The notes beneath the pieces are model-generated. The model had not been told where the DNA came from. It worked only from the letters and a program-made list of their open reading frames with translations, and made no database searches. A DNA stretch of 45,063 bases from contig JBDTFN010000193.1 of the NCBI GenBank assembly GCA_039937915.1, forward strand, positions 1-45,063, in the 5' to 3' direction. Below are positions 42,508 to 45,063 of the stretch, piece after piece. Source of the DNA: Jatrophihabitans sp. (GTDB lineage: Bacteria > Actinomycetota > Actinomycetes > Mycobacteriales > Jatrophihabitantaceae). Both the position numbers and the translations under genes were made by a program. Position 1 is the stretch's first letter; every line of letters starts with the position of its first letter.

Positions 42508-43266
42508 TCAGGCGTTCGCGGTCTCGTTCACGCCGAACCTCGCGTACCCCTCGGATTCGAGGGTGTCGGCGAGTTCCTTGCCCCCGGACTCGACGATGCG
42601 GCCCTCGAAGAACACGTGCACGAAGTCAGGTTCGATGTAGCGCAGGATGCGGGTGTAGTGCGTGATGAGTAGCGTTCCGATGCCGGTGGCCCGGGAGCGG
42701 TTCACGCCCTCGCTGACCACGCGCAGCGCGTCGACGTCCAGGCCCGAATCGGTCTCGTCGAGGATCGCGATCTTGGGCTTGAGCAGTTCCAACTGCAGGA
42801 TCTCGTGACGCTTCTTCTCGCCGCCGGAGAAGCCCTCGTTGACGTTGCGCTCGGCGAAGGCCTTGTCCATCTCGAGCGCGCCCATCGCGGCAGCGACCTC
42901 CTTGATCCAGAGACGCAGCTTGGGGGCCTCGCCCCGGGTCGCGGTCGCCGCGGTCCGCAGGAAGTTCGACACCGAGACACCCGGAACCTCGACCGGGTAC
43001 TGCATGGCCAGAAAGAGCCCGGCGCGGGCGCGCTCATCGACACTCATGGCGAGGACGTCCTCGCCGTCGAGGGTCACTGAGCCCGAAGTGACGGTGTACT
43101 TGGGGTGCCCGGCGACCGAGTACGCGAGGGTCGACTTGCCCGATCCGTTCGGCCCCATGATCGCGTGTGTCTCGCCGGAGCGGATCGTCAGATTGACACC
43201 CTTGAGGATCTCGGTGCCGCCCGCGGTCACCGCCACGTGTAGGTCCTTGATGACAAGTTCGCTCAT
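42508..43266 (-). CDS. sufC: Fe-S assembly ATPase SufC
   Basis: GPNGSGKST, FSGGEKKR, DETDSGLD and ITHY. Confidence 0.97.
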   Translation of the reverse strand: MSELVIKDLHVAVTAGGTEILKGVNLTIRSGETHAIMGPNGSGKSTLAYSVAGHPKYTVTSGSVTLDGEDVLAMSVDERARAGLFLAMQYPVEVPGVSVSNFLRTAATATRGEAPKLRLWIKEVAAAMGALEMDKAFAERNVNEGFSGGEKKRHEILQLELLKPKIAILDETDSGLDVDALRVVSEGVNRSRATGIGTLLITHYTRILRYIEPDFVHVFFEGRIVESGGKELADTLESEGYARFGVNETANA

Positions 43267-44426
43267 GAGTCCTCGTTCTCCAGGCTCTGTTCTTCAACGT
43301 CGGGGGTGAAGCCCAACCGGGCCTCGATGGCGGTCATGATCTGGCTCTGCAAGTCCGGGATGCCGATGCGTTCCACCACGTCGGCGAAGAAGCCGCGTAC
43401 GACCAGGCGGCGCGCTTCGGCCTCGGTGATACCGCGGGACTGCAGGTAGAACAACTGCAGGTCGTCGAAACGTCCCGTTGCGCTCGCGTGACCCGCGCCG
43501 GCGATCTCCCCGGTCTCGATCTCCAGGTTCGGGACCGAGTCGGCGCGAGCGCCGTCTGACAGCAGCAGGTTGCGATTCATCTCGTAGGTGTCGGTGCCGT
43601 TCGCCCCGGGGCGGATCCGGACATCGCCGATCCAAACCGTGCGGGCCGATGCGCCGAGCAACGCGTTCTTGTAGAGCACGTTGGACCGGCAGTGCGGCGT
43701 CGCGTGGTCGACGAGCAGGCGGCTCTCGAAGTGCTGGCCGTTGCCGGCGAATCCGACACCGAGCAGCTCGGCGTACCCGCCCGGCCCCGCGTAGCGCACC
43801 GTCGGGACGATGCGCACGATCGAGCCGCCGAGGGTGATGTTGGTGTGCCGGTAGGTCGCGTCCCGACCGACCATCGCGGCGTAGGAGGACAACTGCACCG
43901 AGCCCTCGTCGCATGCGTTCACCGTGACGACCGACAGCGTCGCGCCGTCCCCGATCACGAACTCGATGTTCTCTGCTACCTGCAGCAGTCCGCGGTGGTC
44001 GATGACCAGTGTCGCCTTGGCGTTGGCGCCCACCTCCACCACGTGATGGGCGTAAGAACGTCCACTCACGCCGGTGTCGAAGAGCCGGATCGGCTCGTCC
44101 AACTCGACGCCGGCGTCGATGGTGACGCGCAGCCCCTGTCGGGCGTGGGCCATCGCCAGGGCGCTGACTCGATCCGCAGGCTCGAGCGCTGTCCCGAACG
44201 CTGCCAGGGTGGCGGGATCGACGCGTTCCACGTGGGCCCCCGCCGGGACCGACTCGGAGGTTTCGATGACGGCATCGGGCTCGAACGGCTCGAAGAAATC
44301 ACGGAGTTTGGGTAGCGGTGAGAACCGCCAGTCCTCTTGCGACCGGTTGGGGACGGGGAAGTCGCCCGGGTCGCGCGAGGTGAAGCGTTCGGCCGGCGAA
44401 CCGGTCGGCGCGAGCAGAGCCGTCAT
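43263..44426 (-). CDS. sufD: Fe-S assembly protein SufD
   Basis: [22 protein letters not shown] and FYLQSRGI; ATG44426 overlaps the sufB stop. Confidence 0.93.
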   Translation of the reverse strand: MTALLAPTGSPAERFTSRDPGDFPVPNRSQEDWRFSPLPKLRDFFEPFEPDAVIETSESVPAGAHVERVDPATLAAFGTALEPADRVSALAMAHARQGLRVTIDAGVELDEPIRLFDTGVSGRSYAHHVVEVGANAKATLVIDHRGLLQVAENIEFVIGDGATLSVVTVNACDEGSVQLSSYAAMVGRDATYRHTNITLGGSIVRIVPTVRYAGPGGYAELLGVGFAGNGQHFESRLLVDHATPHCRSNVLYKNALLGASARTVWIGDVRIRPGANGTDTYEMNRNLLLSDGARADSVPNLEIETGEIAGAGHASATGRFDDLQLFYLQSRGITEAEARRLVVRGFFADVVERIGIPDLQSQIMTAIEARLGFTPDVEEQSLENEDS

Positions 44427-45063
44427 CCGACAGAGCCCTCCATCTGTAGTTCGATGAGCCGGTTGAGTTCGAGCGCGTACTCCATCGGGAGCTCGCGGGC
44501 GATCGGTTCGACGAAGCCTCGTACGACCATGGCCATGGCCTCGTCCTCGGCCATGCCACGGCTCATCAGGTAGAAGAGCTGGTCCTCGCTGACCTTGGAC
44601 ACGGTGGCCTCGTGACCCATCGACACGTTGTCCTCGCGGACGTCGACGTAGGGATAGGTGTCGGAGCGGCTGATCTCGTCCACCAGCAACGCGTCGCAGC
44701 GCACCGTCGCCTTGGAGTGGTGGGCACCCTCCATGATCTGGACCAGGCCCCGGTAGGACGAGCGTCCACCGCCGCGCGACACGGACTTGGAGACGATGCT
44801 GGACGAGGTGTACGGAGCGGCGTGAACCATCTTGGCTCCGGCGTCCTGGTGCTGACCCTCGCCGGCGAAGGCCACCGAGAGAACCTCGCCCTTGGCGTAT
44901 TCGCCGGTCATCCACACCGCCGGGTACTTCATCGTCACCTTCGAACCGATGTTGCCGTCGACCCACTCCATGGTGGCTCCGGCCTCGGCCTTGGCCCGCT
45001 TGGTGACCAGGTTGTAGACGTTGTTCGACCAGTTCTGGATCGTCGTGTAGCGGCACCGGCCGC
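44423..45063 (-). CDS. sufB: Fe-S assembly protein SufB (3' part; continues beyond the window)
   Basis: [37 protein letters not shown] and MEGSVG end. Confidence 0.97.
   Translation of the reverse strand, partial: GRCRYTTIQNWSNNVYNLVTKRAKAEAGATMEWVDGNIGSKVTMKYPAVWMTGEYAKGEVLSVAFAGEGQHQDAGAKMVHAAPYTSSSIVSKSVSRGGGRSSYRGLVQIMEGAHHSKATVRCDALLVDEISRSDTYPYVDVREDNVSMGHEATVSKVSEDQLFYLMSRGMAEDEAMAMVVRGFVEPIARELPMEYALELNRLIELQMEGSVG

Noticed and set aside
43263-45056. 597-aa extended SufD or a SufB-SufD fusion
   Set aside because: The upstream part is an alternate frame of sufB; SufD starts at ATG44426, overlapping the sufB stop.

Overview
High-GC actinobacterial chromosome segment that is densely coding and mostly housekeeping. 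The backbone follows the gene order I recall for M. tuberculosis Rv1461-Rv1488: suf operon, ABC-F ATPase, small HTH protein, enoyl-CoA hydratase, aconitase, RipA-like NlpC/P60, moxR-DUF58-vWA, fabG-inhA-hemH, and NfeD-SPFH. Additional genes are a feoA-feoB-nfu iron-uptake operon behind a clear IdeR/DtxR box, an 8-gene xylose/xylitol cluster, a lone moaA, a quinone oxidoreductase, a phosphotransferase, a hydrolase remnant and a few hypotheticals. I found no rRNA, tRNA, CRISPR array, transposase, integrase or prophage. I did not find a clearly new large system. The best leads are the Feo operon ending in an Nfu-type Fe-S protein, two genes that appear to start at non-canonical codons (ATC and CTG), widespread leaderless promoter geometry, three readable operator motifs, and extra genes translationally coupled to the suf and fabG-inhA-hemH operons. 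All family calls come from motif recognition by eye, with no database search.
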